Source of the DNA: Eledone cirrhosa
Taxonomy: Eukaryota
Reading direction: 5' to 3'
Assembly: GCA_964016885.1 (NCBI GenBank)
Contig: OZ024740.1
Span: 217,496,001 to 217,560,000, forward strand
DNA: 64,000 bases
Shown here: positions 1 to 13,078 of the stretch, in pieces
How the letters are laid out: the number at the start of each line of letters is the position of its first letter
Position numbering within the stretch: position 1 is the first letter of the stretch
Program-made: the position numbers and the translations under genes
Notes under the pieces: model-generated
Databases searched by the model: none
What the model saw: the letters and a program-made list of their open reading frames with translations, nothing else
Told to the model about the DNA's origin: nothing

Positions 1-1979
1 TCCATGTTTAAGCTGCCTATAGATCTCACACAGCATAAACATCAAAACACATTTTTACAACATCAAGAAGAACTCACCCAAGGGCAAGCTTCTGCAAACA
101 TGCAAGATAATAATTCGGGATGAAGCTACTATGAGTCATAAAGGAGCAATTGAAGCTTTGGACCGGACGATAAGGGATCTGAGAGAAAATAGTTGCATAA
201 TGGGAGGAGTGACAATGGTTCTTGCTGGTGATTTCAGACAAATTCTGCCCGTAATTCTTCTAGGGACGCGAGCTGATCAGGTAAATGTCTGTCTGAAAAC
301 ATCCTATCTTTGGCCCCACTTTCAGCTTCTGAGCCTTACAACCAACATGCGAGTGCACTTAACTGGTGACGAAGGTGTCAGTGAGTTTGCCATCCAACTA
401 CTTAAATTGCGAAATGGACTTCTTGAAAAGGACTCCAATGACCATATTCAGTTGTCATTTGGCCATATCCTTGAAACAGAACAAGAACTGATTACCAGAG
501 TGTTTCCAAACATTCAGACCAGGCAATGTGATCCGAAATGGCTCTGTCAACGAGCACTCTTAGCACCTAAAAATGTTATTCTGAAAGAAATCAACAGAAG
601 GCTGCTGGAGAAGTTACCGGGAGAGAAAATATGTTACAAATCAGTTCACACAATCACTTCTCAAACTTTGTAATGGCACAAGACTCATCATCAAAAATAT
701 TATGTCCAATGTTCTAGAAGTTACAATCATGTCAGGAAAATTTGCTGGTGACAATTGTTTCATTCCCAGAATACCTCTGAAGCCAACTGATATGCCATTT
801 GAATTTCGAAGACTTCAATTTCCGATCAGGCTCAGTTTTCCATGACCATTAATAAATCTCAAGGGCAATCATTGAAAGTCGTTGGGTTGAATCTGGCAGA
901 TCCTGTCTTTTCGCGTGGTCAACTCTATGTTGGCACAACAAGGGTTGGGAACCCTGATTGTCTCCTCATTGTGGCACCACAGGGAAAAATCAAGTATGTT
1001 GTTTATCCAGAGGATTTGGAATGAGCAATGTCGTAATTCCTCATTCAATGACAATATACACAGATCCTAATTCCTTAGTCATATAGTTTGCAAGGAATTC
1101 TGAAGCCGCAAGTTTACTGCATGGTGTTACTTTGGAAGAATATGCAGGCATTCCCGGTTACCTCTGCTATATAAAGTAGTATAAGTAAGGACTTTGTTGG
1201 GTAGAAATAGCAGCCAAATTTCCTTCAAATCCCACCTTACTTATTCAGGTATGTATATATGTATGAAGCAAAAAGGAACGGTTCTATTTGATAACTCGAT
1301 CTACTAGAAATATTAGCAAAATCCATTTCAAATCACAAACAACTGTCTTACACACACACATGTGTGTGTATGTATCTATGTATATCATGTGAGCCACTAT
1401 ACATGTTGTTATAGCTAATAGAAATAGAAAACAAATCTCCCTCAAACACGATCCTACTGCCATAGAGACAAAGATTGGTGAAAGCTACAGTGTACAAATT
1501 TAAATACACTTTCCCCGAATTACAGAAATGAGTAAGTAAATGCTTCATTCAATCATAAACCAATGCTAAATTTATTTTCTTATTTTATTTATGTTTTTAA
1601 AATAGTCTTGACATGTTGTTTGAATTTCAGAGGTTCAGATTGAGCAAAAAAAGAAAAGAAGAAAGAAAAGGATAAACAAAAATAATCTAAATGTATTTTT
1701 TTGGTCATGCCCTGACATACCTAATGATTCATCTATGAGTAAAGCATTATATATGCTGACTGTAATAGGGAGCAGTATTAAACAAAATCACCACTGGAAA
1801 AAACTAATATTTTTATCTAGATGATTTACTTTGACCAAACAACAATACATATTCTGCTATAATTCCTACTTTGGCTAAAATTCAGCAATCATATTTGAAT
1901 GGTCAAATATTTTGTAATGTGTGCCAAATATACTGTAACTTTCATAAAATACCCGGGTATCACCGGGTAGCTCAGCTAG
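1..1979 (+). mobile_element. Helitron, 3' part (decayed PIF1 helicase, 3' UTR and 3' terminus)
   Basis: PIF1 motifs DEATM, GDFRQ and MTINKSQGQSL. Ends in hairpin TACCCGGGTATCACCGGGTA then CTAG (1976-1979) before a (TA)n tract. Same family as 49715-53010 and 53011-60863. Confidence 0.92.
131..1024 (+). pseudogene. Helitron PIF1-family helicase fragment, disrupted
   Basis: ORFs 131-673 and 842-1024 match the C-terminal half of ORF 50167-52188, with an internal deletion at about 662 and frameshifts. Confidence 0.88.
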
Positions 1980-2075
1980 TATATATATATATATATATAT
2001 ATGTCTATATATGTATTTATATATTAAAAAATAAATTGACAGTTACAATCTTTAGTTAATTCTTAATTGTGTTGT

Positions 2076-2109
<34 letters not shown>

Positions 2110-2194
2110 TTAAGATAAGCAGAACAAGTAAAATTCAATCAATTTTTCAAAATACATTAAAAAATATAATATAAATATTTACCTCTTCTAGTGG

Positions 2195-2273
2195 CCCTTA
2201 CTGATCAGTTTCGCTCTGTAAAACCTCATAAATCCGATGGATTTATGATGGAAAACCAAAGCTCATCAGAGAA
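2195..2273 (-). ncRNA. Type I hammerhead ribozyme
   Basis: Minus strand reads ttct-CTGATGA-GCTTTG...(tcataaatcc/ggatttatga hairpin)...CAGAGC-GAAA-ctgatcag-TA-aggg. Palindromic stem III, GUA cleavage triplet, short GU-rich stem I. Confidence 0.85.
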
Positions 2274-2679
2274 GCATTTTCCGTTCCTAGGGCTAAACGT
2301 CCCAGGAACGACAAAATATACAACCTCCTGCCAGCTAATAAAGGTCTGAAAGGTCGTAAAAGTGACCCGTATGTAAACTGGACCGAAGTAAAAGCGGGAA
2401 AATCAAAGACTTGCTGTCTACAATTACTGCTAAAAAAATAGCAGCCAAGTAGAGCAACAGATTTGTTCTCAACGGACGGAGAAAAAGGTAGAAGTTAATA
2501 TGCCCAGGGATACTAGGTACCCCTAGAAATACATAGGTTGTCTATGATTCAAGGTTGTTCAATGGTGTTAATTTGATACACCAGAACTTTAATATTAAGA
2601 TAAGCAGAACAAGTAAAATTCAATCAATTTTTCAAAATACATTAAAAAATATAATATAAATATTTACCTCTTCTAGTGG

Positions 2680-2758
2680 CCCTTACTGATCAGTTTCGCT
2701 CTGTAAAACCTCATAAATCCGATGGATTTATGATGGAAAACCAAAGCTCATCAGAGAA
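2680..2758 (-). ncRNA. Type I hammerhead ribozyme (second tandem unit)
   Basis: Same sequence as 2195-2273, offset 485. Confidence 0.85.
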
Positions 2759-3207
2759 GCATTTTCTCTTCCTAGGGCTAAACGTCCCAGGAACGACAAA
2801 ATATACAACCTCCTGCCAGCTAATAAAGGTCTGAAAGGTCGTAAAAGTGACCCGTATGTAAACTGGACCGAAGTAAAAGCGGGAAAATCAAAGACTTGCT
2901 GTCTACAATTACTACTAAAAAAATAGCAGCCAAGTAGAGCAACAGATTTGTTCTCAACGGACGGAGAAAAAGGTAGAAGTTAATATGCCCAGGGATACTA
3001 GGTACCCCTAGAAATACATAGGTTGTCTATGATTCAAGGTTGTTCAATATATATATATATATATATATATTAGAGAGTGAGGTTTTTTTTACAAAATGAA
3101 AAATAACCGAGGTGTCCTACACGAGTGGAAGTATAAAGAAAAAGGGATGAAATCGAGAATGCAACTGAAGTCTTATTTTTTTTAAAAATATATATATTTA
3201 TTTGGTT

Positions 3208-3245
3208 CCTTTACCGGTTTCGCAGTTCTTCTGCTTTTCAAAAGG
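3208..3245 (-). ncRNA. Minimal type I hammerhead, U3:A8 variant (left arm)
   Basis: Reverse complement of 3316-3353. Confidence 0.75.
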
Positions 3246-3315
3246 TGAGTTGAGATGGAGGGTCTGTGGTTTTTCTCACATGTGAGAAAAACCACAGACC
3301 CTCCATCTCAACTCA

Positions 3316-3353
3316 CCTTTTGAAAAGCAGAAGAACTGCGAAACCGGTAAAGG
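3316..3353 (+). ncRNA. Minimal type I hammerhead, U3:A8 variant (right arm)
   Basis: cctt-TTGAAAA-GCAG-aagaa-CTGC-GAAA-ccgg-TA-aagg. Stems I and II are perfect, stem III loop CCGG is palindromic, and core CUGANGA is replaced by UUGAAAA. Confidence 0.78.
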
Positions 3354-3422
3354 AACCAAATAAATATATATATTTTTAAAAAAAATAAGACTTCAGTTGC
3401 ATTCTCGATTTCATCCCTTTTT

Positions 3423-3636
<214 letters not shown>

Positions 3637-4196
3637 GTATGCATCTAGGTACATAAATATATACATAAATAAATACACACAAACGCGCGCGTATATACAC
3701 ACATACATATATAGAAAGATGTTTGTCCTCTGTTATATGTAGCTATTAAGTGTTTGAGGTCCACCGTTTGACTGCAGAACCTGAAATCCAAATTCAGATA
3801 TTTTGGGCGAGATTTCAATGTGTCATGGAAAAATATTTTAAGGAAAATCTACAAGAATTGTATTGAAACCTGATTGAAGAAATTACCATTAATTCATTAA
3901 CATTTTCACTAACAAAGTATATATTGTCTAGTCTTGTGTTATAAATTGTTTACAAATCATAGTTGTAAACACAATGATTGACATGTGCAGCAAATTACTT
4001 TCAAATATAAATAACTTGGGAATTTGTTTCCCAAGCTATTGTAATATGTCACTGGTAAAGGTGGCACCCACATCTTCAAGGATATTTCGGGGTAAATGCT
4101 GGTTTCTTCAATGTAAAAATAAATTCAAAAGAAGTGAAAGTGAATAAATTAATGTTGTTTAATTAATTAATTCAGTTGATCACGTTGAACAGGGGT

Positions 4197-4204
4197 TATA
4201 TAAA
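4197..4204 (+). promoter_or_regulatory. TATA box of Cys-repeat gene copy 1
   Basis: TATATAAA about 100 nt upstream of an ATG in strong Kozak context (GACCACCATG). Also present in copy 2. Confidence 0.6.
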
Positions 4205-4299
4205 GCGTTCTTCTTAGACATTTGTTAAACCTGTCTTTGTTTCGAACAAGATAACGACCATCACAATTCTACAACAGGAAGATAAACTAACTGACCACC

Positions 4300-4360
4300 A
4301 TGTTGTACGAAATTCTAGTAGTATTTGCAGCATTTTCATTCGTAAACTGCTACACCAACT
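4300..4360 (+). CDS. Cys-repeat gene copy 1, exon 1 (signal peptide MLYEILVVFAAFSFVNC-YTN)
   Basis: CCACCATG start, hydrophobic 17-aa leader, GTAAGT donor at 4361 (phase 1) that joins exon 2 in frame. Conserved in all three copies and missed by the ORF track. Confidence 0.88.
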
Positions 4361-5286
4361 GTAAGTAAATCATATTACTATATTTTGTATATTTCTTGGT
4401 TTCTTTCTTCATATTATTATGATCTCTGAGTTACACACTCTATCGAGCAACGTTACTCCAGCCGACTGATTTTACACCTGCCAGTCGTGATACCATTTAC
4501 AACCCGGCTACGCATGTAAATCTTGTTCATAAAAGTAATGAACAGGAGAGGAGGCAGTATGCACCCTCGGCGGAATCCGTCTCTCGCATTTAATGGTATC
4601 GATTTAGCACCATTTGTCCGAACATAAATTCTCCTCTATATTCGTATAAAGACATCAGGGAAGCTAGAAGCTGACAATCGATCCCATACTCCTGCAGAAC
4701 CTTCCACAGCAGGTTTCGACTAAAATGCTGCTTTTCAAAATATATTTTGAAATAATTCTAGTCTACATTAATGTAATCTGGACGGTAAGTAAATTCTCAA
4801 CCACAGAAGAAACTCTAAAAATAAAAAGGACAGATGCTGGATATCATTCCAAAAGATAAAAAAATGAACGGCAAATTTCAAGAGAGTAGACTTTGTAGCA
4901 GATGACATTTCGCGTTTAAAGTATAGATTCTGATTGAATATGATTTAAAAAGATAAGTTATAACACTGGCCATCACAAACATCACAAATATCTATGCTAC
5001 AGAAACTTTCCTTATTGCAGTAACTCTGAGAAACATATATTTCTGGGGTTAATGGGGGTCTAATTAGATGGAATATCAGATTTCATGAAGCCTATCACAT
5101 TGCTAAGGATAGGGAACCAATAGTGAAAACAAATTGGTGAATATAGAGTGAACAAAATCTCTTCTGTTGGAGACTGTTTTATGGAATCAGTAGAAGATAG
5201 TGAAGTAATAATCATATTCTATTCTAAAAAAGGAGGTCTTTAACATTGTCTCTGCTCTTAATCAAGTGTGTGTGTGTGTGTGTAAA

Positions 5287-5383
<97 letters not shown>

Positions 5384-5961
5384 GAGGTGATACGTGCACG
5401 TACACTGTTTTCTGATAGATGTGTTCATACAAAGATATTGTAATAGATTCAGGTGTCCATATGTATGTCACATTTGTTGTAATTTACTAATGTAAGAAAA
5501 TATCTAGAACTAGAAAAGGTGTGGCACTCAATATATAATAAGTTTTATTTAATATGAGTTTAAAACTCATTATCTTGTGAAACGACATAATATTTTTGAG
5601 GGCCCTGATTAGGACAAAAAAAAACATTAGATATTTTAAAGAAAAGAGTTAAACTTTTACATCGTTAAGTAGTATATCTAATTGTTATAGATACAATAAA
5701 ATAATACAACAGTTTATGAACAAACAGAAATAATTATGATTGAAATCTAATTATCTTGCGAAACCCCAAAATGTTTTGAGGGACCTCACTGTGGAAAATA
5801 CAGCATTAAATATTTGAAATTTTTTACATTAATGCAAAGAGTTTAACTTTGATATTGTTAAGTATTATTATATCTAATTGTTATAGATTCCATACAAATA
5901 GAAAAATCAATGATGTATATTAAAGCTATGTATTGAGATGATAATGTTATTCTTTTTACAG

Positions 5962-7550
5962 ATGAATGTACCTATAATGGAAGAAGGTATGAAGGTGCAT
6001 TTAGCATCGACTGTAACACGTGTGTGTGTCTAGAAAGTGGACGAGCGCAGTGTTCAAATAAGATATGTGACTATGGACAACGATCAACATGTTGGTATGA
6101 AGGTAGACGTTACACAGTAGGACAGACAATCCAACAGTCATGTAATACATGTGTATGCAGAGCCAATGGTCAAATGGAATGTACAAAGAATACATGTCAG
6201 TGTACATATAAAGGACAAAATTACAATATTGGCCAGAGGTTTAATGAGGATTGCAACCAATGTGAATGTTTATCTAGTGGTATTGTACGGTGTTCTAACA
6301 AACGATGTCAATGTTTTGCCAATGGAAGAACATATCCAGTGGGGGCTACCTTTCAAAGGGAATGTAACACTTGCAAGTGTGACATTAACGGCAGAATAGT
6401 GTGTACTGACAACATATGTAAATGTTTTGAAAATGGAAGATCTTACCCCATTGGTGCTACATTTAGCAAGGACTGCAATACATGCACATGTCAAATAGAT
6501 GGTCGTATACAGTGTACAAGCAACGCATGTACTTGCACCTATAACAATATGGCTTATAATTTCGGACAACAATTCAGGAAAGGTTGTAACACCTGCACTT
6601 GTCAACAAAATGGACAGGTCCAATGTACAAATAACCCATGTCAATGTACATATAAAGGACAGGTTTATCAGATTCGTCAAAGATTTAACGATGATTGTAA
6701 CCAATGTGAATGTTTATCTAGTGGTACAGTGCAATGTACCAGTAACGTCTGTCAATGTACATACAACAACCAGGTCTATAATATCGGCGCTTCATTTAAT
6801 CAGGACTGTAACACCTGTAGCTGTCAACAAAATCGACAAGTCCAATGTACAAATAACCCGTGTCAATGTACACATAAAGGACAGGTTTATCAAATTCATC
6901 AAAGATTTAACGATGATTGTAACCAATGTGAATGTTTATCTAGTGGTACAGTGCAGTGCTCTAACAAGGCATGTCAATGTTTAGAAAATGGAAGATCTTA
7001 CCCCATTGGTGCTACATTTAGCAAGGACTGCAATACATGCACATGTCAACAAAATGGACAGTTCAAATGTACAAATAACCCATGTACTTGCACCTACAAC
7101 AATATGGTCTATAATTTCGGACAACAATTCAGGAAAGGTTGTAACACCTGCACTTGTCAACAAAATGGACAATTCCAATGTACAAATAACCCTTGTCAAT
7201 GTACATACAACGGTAAACGTTATGATGTTGGTTCTATATTCTACAATGATTGCAATAAATGTCAGTGCTATGATGATGGAAGAGTCCAATGTGAACAGAA
7301 AATATGCCCCAAACCATGCGTATTCAACGGACAAACCTTTTCTGTGGGAGAATCGTTTAAAAATGACTGCAATACATGTACATGTGGACAGTTTGGTCAA
7401 GTAGGATGTACTAACATGTACTGTCCTAAAACATGCCAATACAACGGAAAAACCTACACAGCTGGCCAAATATTCAAGGCTCAAGATAATTGCAATACAT
7501 GTCGATGTTCAGCTGGGCAAGTCAAGTGTACCAACTTAATATGTGGTCAA
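5962..7550 (+). CDS. Cys-repeat gene copy 1, exon 2: 14 tandem six-Cys pacifastin/truncated-VWC-like repeats. Full CDS join(4300-4360,5962-7550,8483-8497) = 554 aa secreted protein
   Basis: Acceptor TTTTTACAG ends at 5961; open frame of C-x16-C-N-x-C-x-C-x7-C-x4-C units with a 111-bp period; GTGAGT donor at 7551 (phase 0). Confidence 0.92.
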
Positions 7551-8482
7551 GTGAGTATGATTTTTATTACTCTTTTATTGTCTCAAATATTTACAATTCT
7601 ATCTTTCCTCTTATGTAATTTGTAGTCCTTTAGACACATTACACAAAGATATCATTACAATTTCCCTGTGTAATTACTGCTGTGATATAAGAAACAGGGG
7701 AACATCATCATTAGCATAGCTACCATTTAGTGAATGTTTGTTAGAGTATGACAGAGGTGATGGCATTCATTCATTGCTCCCTTGTGACCGATGAGATTAA
7801 TTTTAATAATCTTTCACATAAATTGCTGCAAGTTGATGCCGGTAGGTATGACGTCAACATGGAGAAAATTCGAGAAGGCCGATATTCTCTGTAGGACAGG
7901 TAATGTGTAGAGGGTTTCTGTGGATCCTGAAGGGCAGACACAATATGAGTGATAAGAAATGGAGATACGATTGAGTTGGAATTGTCTGAGTGGAGGTGAC
8001 ATAAAACCAATCATTATAGAAACTCTACACCATTGTAGTAGCAGTAGAAAGGGTAATGAAATAAGTCATTACGACAGTGATTAAGAGGCTGGGGTGTGGC
8101 CTTATCCAATTAGTCAAGAACATTTATCTGGATGTAGAACATCATATCTCCAGTCGTATGTCAAAATAGATGGCAATGTTATAGTCACTTTTATATAACT
8201 ATGAAATATATATTCTCTTTCAAAGAAATGCTTCAGTAGGAATGTTATTGGACTTACCAACATTCTGGTTAAAGGTTCAAACGTTCACTGCTGTTTCGTT
8301 TAATTTCCAACTAAGGGAGTTAATTCAACGTAACTTCGTTCCTTTATTTATCGCTAATATATATGTATATCGATATGTTAAGGAATTTTACCTATATCTA
8401 AATTGTTATATTTTGTAAGTTATTTATTTGATATTGTTTCAATATCAATAGTAATACAATATAAAACTTTATTTCATTACAG

Positions 8483-8497
8483 AGTGGATACTACTAA
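8483..8497 (+). CDS. Cys-repeat gene copy 1, terminal micro-exon (SGYY-stop)
   Basis: TTTCATTACAG|AGT GGA TAC TAC TAA, phase matches the exon 2 donor, AATAAA at 8631, and copy 2 has the equivalent TGYY. Confidence 0.7.
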   Translation, partial: SGYY

Positions 8498-8630
8498 AGA
8501 ACACAACAGGCTGCTTTCTGATTCGGGATAATTATGTTTCTGAATAATAATTGCAATTTCTTTTAATAATAATTGCAATTTTTGTGAATAACATTGTAAA
8601 TTTTGTAAATAATAATTTAAATAACTTTTT

Positions 8631-8641
8631 AATAAAATAAA
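8631..8641 (+). terminator. Polyadenylation signal of copy 1
   Basis: Overlapping AATAAAATAAA about 135 nt after the stop, followed by a T/GT-rich tract. Confidence 0.6.
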
Positions 8642-8699
8642 CAAACATACAACAAAAATTTATTGTTTTCCTAGATTCTTCTTCTTCTTATTATTATTA

Positions 8700-11470
8700 T
8701 TGGTCTAATCAGACGACTTTTTGCTCGCTTCCGTAAGTCTCTTTATTTACCTGCCATAATTATTAATCGTTAAATTTTTGTTGTTGAGTAAAGGATTTAA
8801 GTCCTTGGACTTTGCCCTGTGAAGGGAAAAGTACAATATTTGGGCCTTTTGGCCCAAATATTCGAACCTTTTACATTTAAAAATTATCGAAAAAAAAAAC
8901 ATGGCTGAGCCATGCGCCCAACGGTATGTCTTGCTGACGTGCGACAACGACGCAAAAGTTGAGAGGAGGGTTACGGCGAACACAGAAATTGATACAACAA
9001 ACACCACCACAAACAACGTGAACACAGACAGCAATGACATCAAGATTGAGAACACTAATTTGGAAAAAAATGACCACACAAACCACAACAGTAACAGCGA
9101 CAACCAAAATACAGACAACAGAAAAAATGACAACAAATGCAACAACAATATTAACACCACTAACATGAAAACAAATAGCGACAACACCAACAGCAATGAT
9201 ACAAATTGTACCGAGAACAACAACAACGGCAGAACCAAAGACACAACCAACTGCAACAGTGACAACAGCAACAACACCAACAACATCATTTGTAGCAACA
9301 GCAACAGCACAAACAACAAGACAAGTAGCAGCAGTAGTGGCGGCAACAATGATGCCAATGAAAAAGGGACCATCTCTTTTGCAAAGGAGGCTCGCAACGT
9401 AGAAACGGTCCTGGTTACAGAGGAGGAGATGGCGGTCGCAAGACACATGGTAACCAGAACTGAACTTTCAGTGTCCTTGATACCACCAACCGAGTTCCTG
9501 GGGGAACAAGAGCGACGCACAGTGTCATACCGCACGATGGCCACGAAATCGCGTCGTGAGGAGAGAGTCTCGGAGGCCCAAATCCAGAAGGCCTTTGGAA
9601 ATGTGTGGTCACGGAAAACCCACATCACCTGTAGCAAGAAATATGCTACTGTGGACCTTCTTTTTGCTACCACCAGGAAGCAAAATCACACTCACTGAGG
9701 ACCTTACGAAGTGATGACATAATGTTAGTCCCGTTTTACTGCGGGAAAAAAAATTGCAACGGTCAGGGTAGCCCAGGTTCCGCCTTACGTACCCGTGCCT
9801 TGGCTGGTCGTGTCTGTACTTGCAGGTACAGAAGTGGAGGAGAGAGGACTGGTCAGGTATTGGAATGGAGATGCTTATCCCAACCGATCAGGATTGCATC
9901 AGCGCTATTCCCGACATTATAGACCTCTGGAATGGCTCCCAACTTCCCATATCTGTAGAAGGCAGGTGCCCAAAGTATTTCAACTATGGATCGAAGTCTC
10001 ACCTCAAGGCCTTCTAGCCAGAGAAAATAACAAATGCGAAGTTTCCGCCGCCACACCCCTTCCAACGCCGGAACCGCTGCCATCAGAAACAGAGCAGTCA
10101 GCGAAAAAGTCAGGAGCTTCCACAGAGAGTAGGAAGACAATGTCCGTGGCACCCACACCAAAGCGACGGACAACAAAAACAGCGACGGCAGCTGCTGAAC
10201 AGAACCAGGCTCCACCATTACAAACAACAACACGCTTTTTGTGGAAGGGACGTGCTCCCATGGTCAGACGATCCATTTGCTGTCAACACCCGTTGCGTGG
10301 AGGACTAGTCTTGCCGTGGCTGATGATGCGCAAACATGCGCTGGGGCTGCGACATCTCTGGTGCTTCCTTGACGGTGAACAGGTGTGGTCGCCGTTAGCC
10401 AGACGCGCTTTTACCCAGCTCGTCTTCTTGATGGAGCTGCAGTCCTGGATCAGGAAAAGACCGAGGGATAGCGCTTGGAAGCTGGAATGTCTCCAAGCGC
10501 TCACCACCCTCTTTCAGCTGGGCACTGATGTCAGTAGGACAGCCACCTCGGCGTTCTATAGCGGGCTAGTGGAAGTGAAGAGTGACAACGTTCTCCGGGA
10601 GACCCTGAGCGCCGAAGACGATCAGCTGTTCGCTCTCTTCAAAAGAACTTTCAGCCCGGGGCCTTTGGACAACTTCCAGAAATCCTTGGCCTGGTAGTGC
10701 TACCGGGGAGCGTTGCCGGTTCGGGATAAGCTCTACAGGCACGGAGGTGCTGTCAGCCGAGCCTGTGTGAGATGCGCGCAGGGCGACGAAACCGCCCTGC
10801 ACGCATTCGTTCTATGCCCGAGGATTGCTGACTTGTGGAGCTATGTCAAACAGTTGCTGTCGCGTGTGGGACATAACCGGTTATCGACTGAGTTCATTGT
10901 GCAGATAGCCCCTCCATCCTCCTTTAAAGAGGAGGAAGCACATGTAGTTTTCATCTGCTTGGTGGCCATGGCGAAAGAGATTGTGTGGTGGACAAGGTTA
11001 AAAGGGTTGAAGACGGACACTTTCCTCTGCGGCCAATCCCTGATTAACTTCTTCAAGTTTCACTTGAAGAGGAAAATCAGGGTGGAGAGGCAAGTGCTGT
11101 CTTCTAGTAAGTTTGTTGAAAGGGGGGTGAAAGTGGCGAGTGTGCTCCGAGAAAACGGACCCGCTCTGAGAATGCACCTGTAGACTGAGGAGTGGGACAA
11201 CTGAGAGAGGGCGCTTGCCCTGGTAGTCAGGGTGGCCGTGGTCTTTTGTGTGGTTTTCGCCACGAGTAATCCTCGGAGGTTTCCCCCCTTTTGGGGAATT
11301 TTTGTTGTTTTAATTTTTAAATTTGTTTTTATACGTTTCCGTCTTGTTATTACCTTTTTACACGGCCAAAACCCACTTTGTATCGTCCTGTACCGTCCTC
11401 AGCCGTCTGTATTGTTTTTCCTCATGTTAGCGCTTGTGGCCAATAAAGAAATCATTATTATTGTTATTGT
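8700..11470 (+). mobile_element. L1/Tx1-like LINE, 5'-complete, internally deleted (ORF1 joined to ORF2 C-terminus at about 10230)
   Basis: N/T-rich ORF1 with a zinc-knuckle remnant (CPKYFNYGSKSHLKAF), ORF2 C-terminal CxxC..H...C motif (CVRCAQGDETALHAFVLCP), AATAAA at 11442 and an (ATT)n tail. Homologous to 17397-23073. Confidence 0.85.
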
Positions 11471-13078
11471 TCTTTGAGTGTCAGTCATTGATGTTATTTA
11501 ACTGGAAAGTTTGTTGAAATGAATATCAAGCCGCTACCTGCAGCCTCATATATTCAGGACGTATCGGAGGGTTCTTGCTGTTCCTAGCAAGCATGCCTTT
11601 TGAAGTGTTCCAAAAGGCGAAGCTGGTCTAATCCTCTTTAACCATCCCTGGAAACTCTTTGAGATAGTACCTAGTGCGCCTATGACAATCGGGACGACCT
11701 TGACTTCATGGCAGTTCCAAATCCTTTTTCCCTCCCACTTTAAGTCCTGGTATCGGTTAATTTTCTCCCTCTTCTTTTCTTGCACTCTCGTGTCAAATGG
11801 GTAGGCTCTATCTACAAGCAGGCACGATCTTTTTTCCTTGTCAGCCCTATTGTGTTCTAATTTCTGTATCCTAAAATCCTAAAATCCCATAGCACCTTCA
11901 CCTGATTGTTTTCTCTCACCGACTCTGGCTTATGCTCATATCACTTCTCAGGATGTGGTAAATTGTTCATTTTGCATAGATGCCAGTGGATCACCCTGCC
12001 TAACACATCCTGTCTCCAGCCTTTATAGTGAGTCTGTGCTAGGTGTTTACACTCGGATACAATGTGAGCCACAGTCTCCTCTCTCCACAGATCCTACACA
12101 GTGCGCTAGCCTCCTCCTTGTCAATATGGTGTTTCACCCACTTTGTTCTGAGGGCTTACTCTTGCGCAGCCATTAGCATTCCTTCTGTAGCTTTTTTAAG
12201 GTCTCCTCTTTTTAACCAGTTCCATGTCTGTGGATCTCTAAATTCAGTTTTCTTTAAGAAGGTACTATGAAGGGATTTTTCATGAAGGTTGCTCTTCCTC
12301 CTCGTTGTTATTTCCTCCTTGGACATCCCCTGGTCTATTGTCTTCTCCTTCAGTACAATTTTGAGCATTGGCTCCCCACTGTCAGTCACGTATTTGTGCA
12401 GGTTGTTTTTCTCCCTGTGAACACAGTCCTTTATGCTGATAAGACCTCTTCCACCTTCAGATCTCTTTAAGTAGAGTCTATCTACATCACTCCTCTTGTG
12501 GAACATGTAGATAGTTAATAGATTGCTAGTCTTCCTATCCATTTCTTTTTGATCAGCAACATTCCATTTCAGAATTCCCGCACTGTACTTAATAATAGAC
12601 ACAGCTCGGTAATTCACTGCACTTATCACATTCCTACTATTTAGATGTGATTTTAATACGTTCCTTAGTCTCCTTATATACACAGATCTTATCAATTCCT
12701 TCATGTTTTTGTTCTTGATGTCATATTCCTCCAGAACACCTAAATATTTGTATCCCTCTTCAGTGTCAATTTCCTTTATCATCTCACCTGTTGGTACCTG
12801 GATTCCCTTGCTTCTGCTCAATTTACCCCTCTTCATTAAAGGGACTCCACACTTATTAATACCAAATTCCATACATATATCATGCCCAGAGGTCTTCAAG
12901 GTGGCAGATAATATCAGACAGTTGTTGAGAAAAAGTATGAAGTCCTGGGAAACAGAGTTAACATCGGGTGGAGAATCCTTGGGAGGCGTGAAGATCAAGA
13001 GAGGTATCTTCCAGGGAGATAGTTTGTCCCCTTTGCTGTTTATCCTTGCCCTGATAACCCTGACCGTTATATTACACA
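11470..13078 (-). mobile_element. R4/Dong-like restriction-like-endonuclease non-LTR retrotransposon fragment with an inverted 5' piece
   Basis: Minus strand: MEFGINKC, YKYLG, RLYLKRSEGGRGL, and C-terminal EKINRYQDL..VVPIVIGALG..LQKACLLGT. Segment about 12888-13078 is on the plus strand (RGIFQGDSLSPLLF). The 3' end lies in a (TAA)-type tract. Confidence 0.8.

Larger units (their letters stand above)
2108..3048 (-). mobile_element. 485-bp tandem repeat (about 1.94 units), one HHR per unit; PLE pseudo-LTR or retrozyme-like insert in (TA)n
   Basis: 2111 onward recurs at 2596 onward (offset 485) with only a few substitutions. Flanked by (TA)n and absent from the paralogous site near 60865-61800. 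Confidence 0.8.

Noticed and set aside
4015-4035. Promoter inverted repeat CTTGGGAA-N5-TTCCCAAG as a paired transcription-factor site
   Set aside because: Does not fit NF-kB, STAT or CSL consensus well, and identity among very young paralogs is not evidence of constraint.
6151-7484. Alternative-frame and antisense ORFs over the Cys-repeat exon (also 33920-35364)
   Set aside because: Shadows of a repetitive coding exon with no independent signals.
6024-7550. Regularly spaced repeats as a CRISPR-like array
   Set aside because: They are 111-bp coding repeats in a spliced eukaryotic gene, with no unique spacers or cas genes.
7551-7625. Hydrophobic C-terminus VSMIFITLLLSQIFTILSFLLCNL suggesting a membrane or GPI anchor
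   Set aside because: It begins exactly at a GTGAGT donor and is T-rich intron read-through. Copy 2 has prolines at two of these leucine positions. A retained-intron isoform cannot be excluded without RNA data.
8747-9673. Leu/Val-rich 308-aa minus-strand ORF resembling a membrane protein
   Set aside because: Antisense of the AAC-rich LINE ORF1 region.
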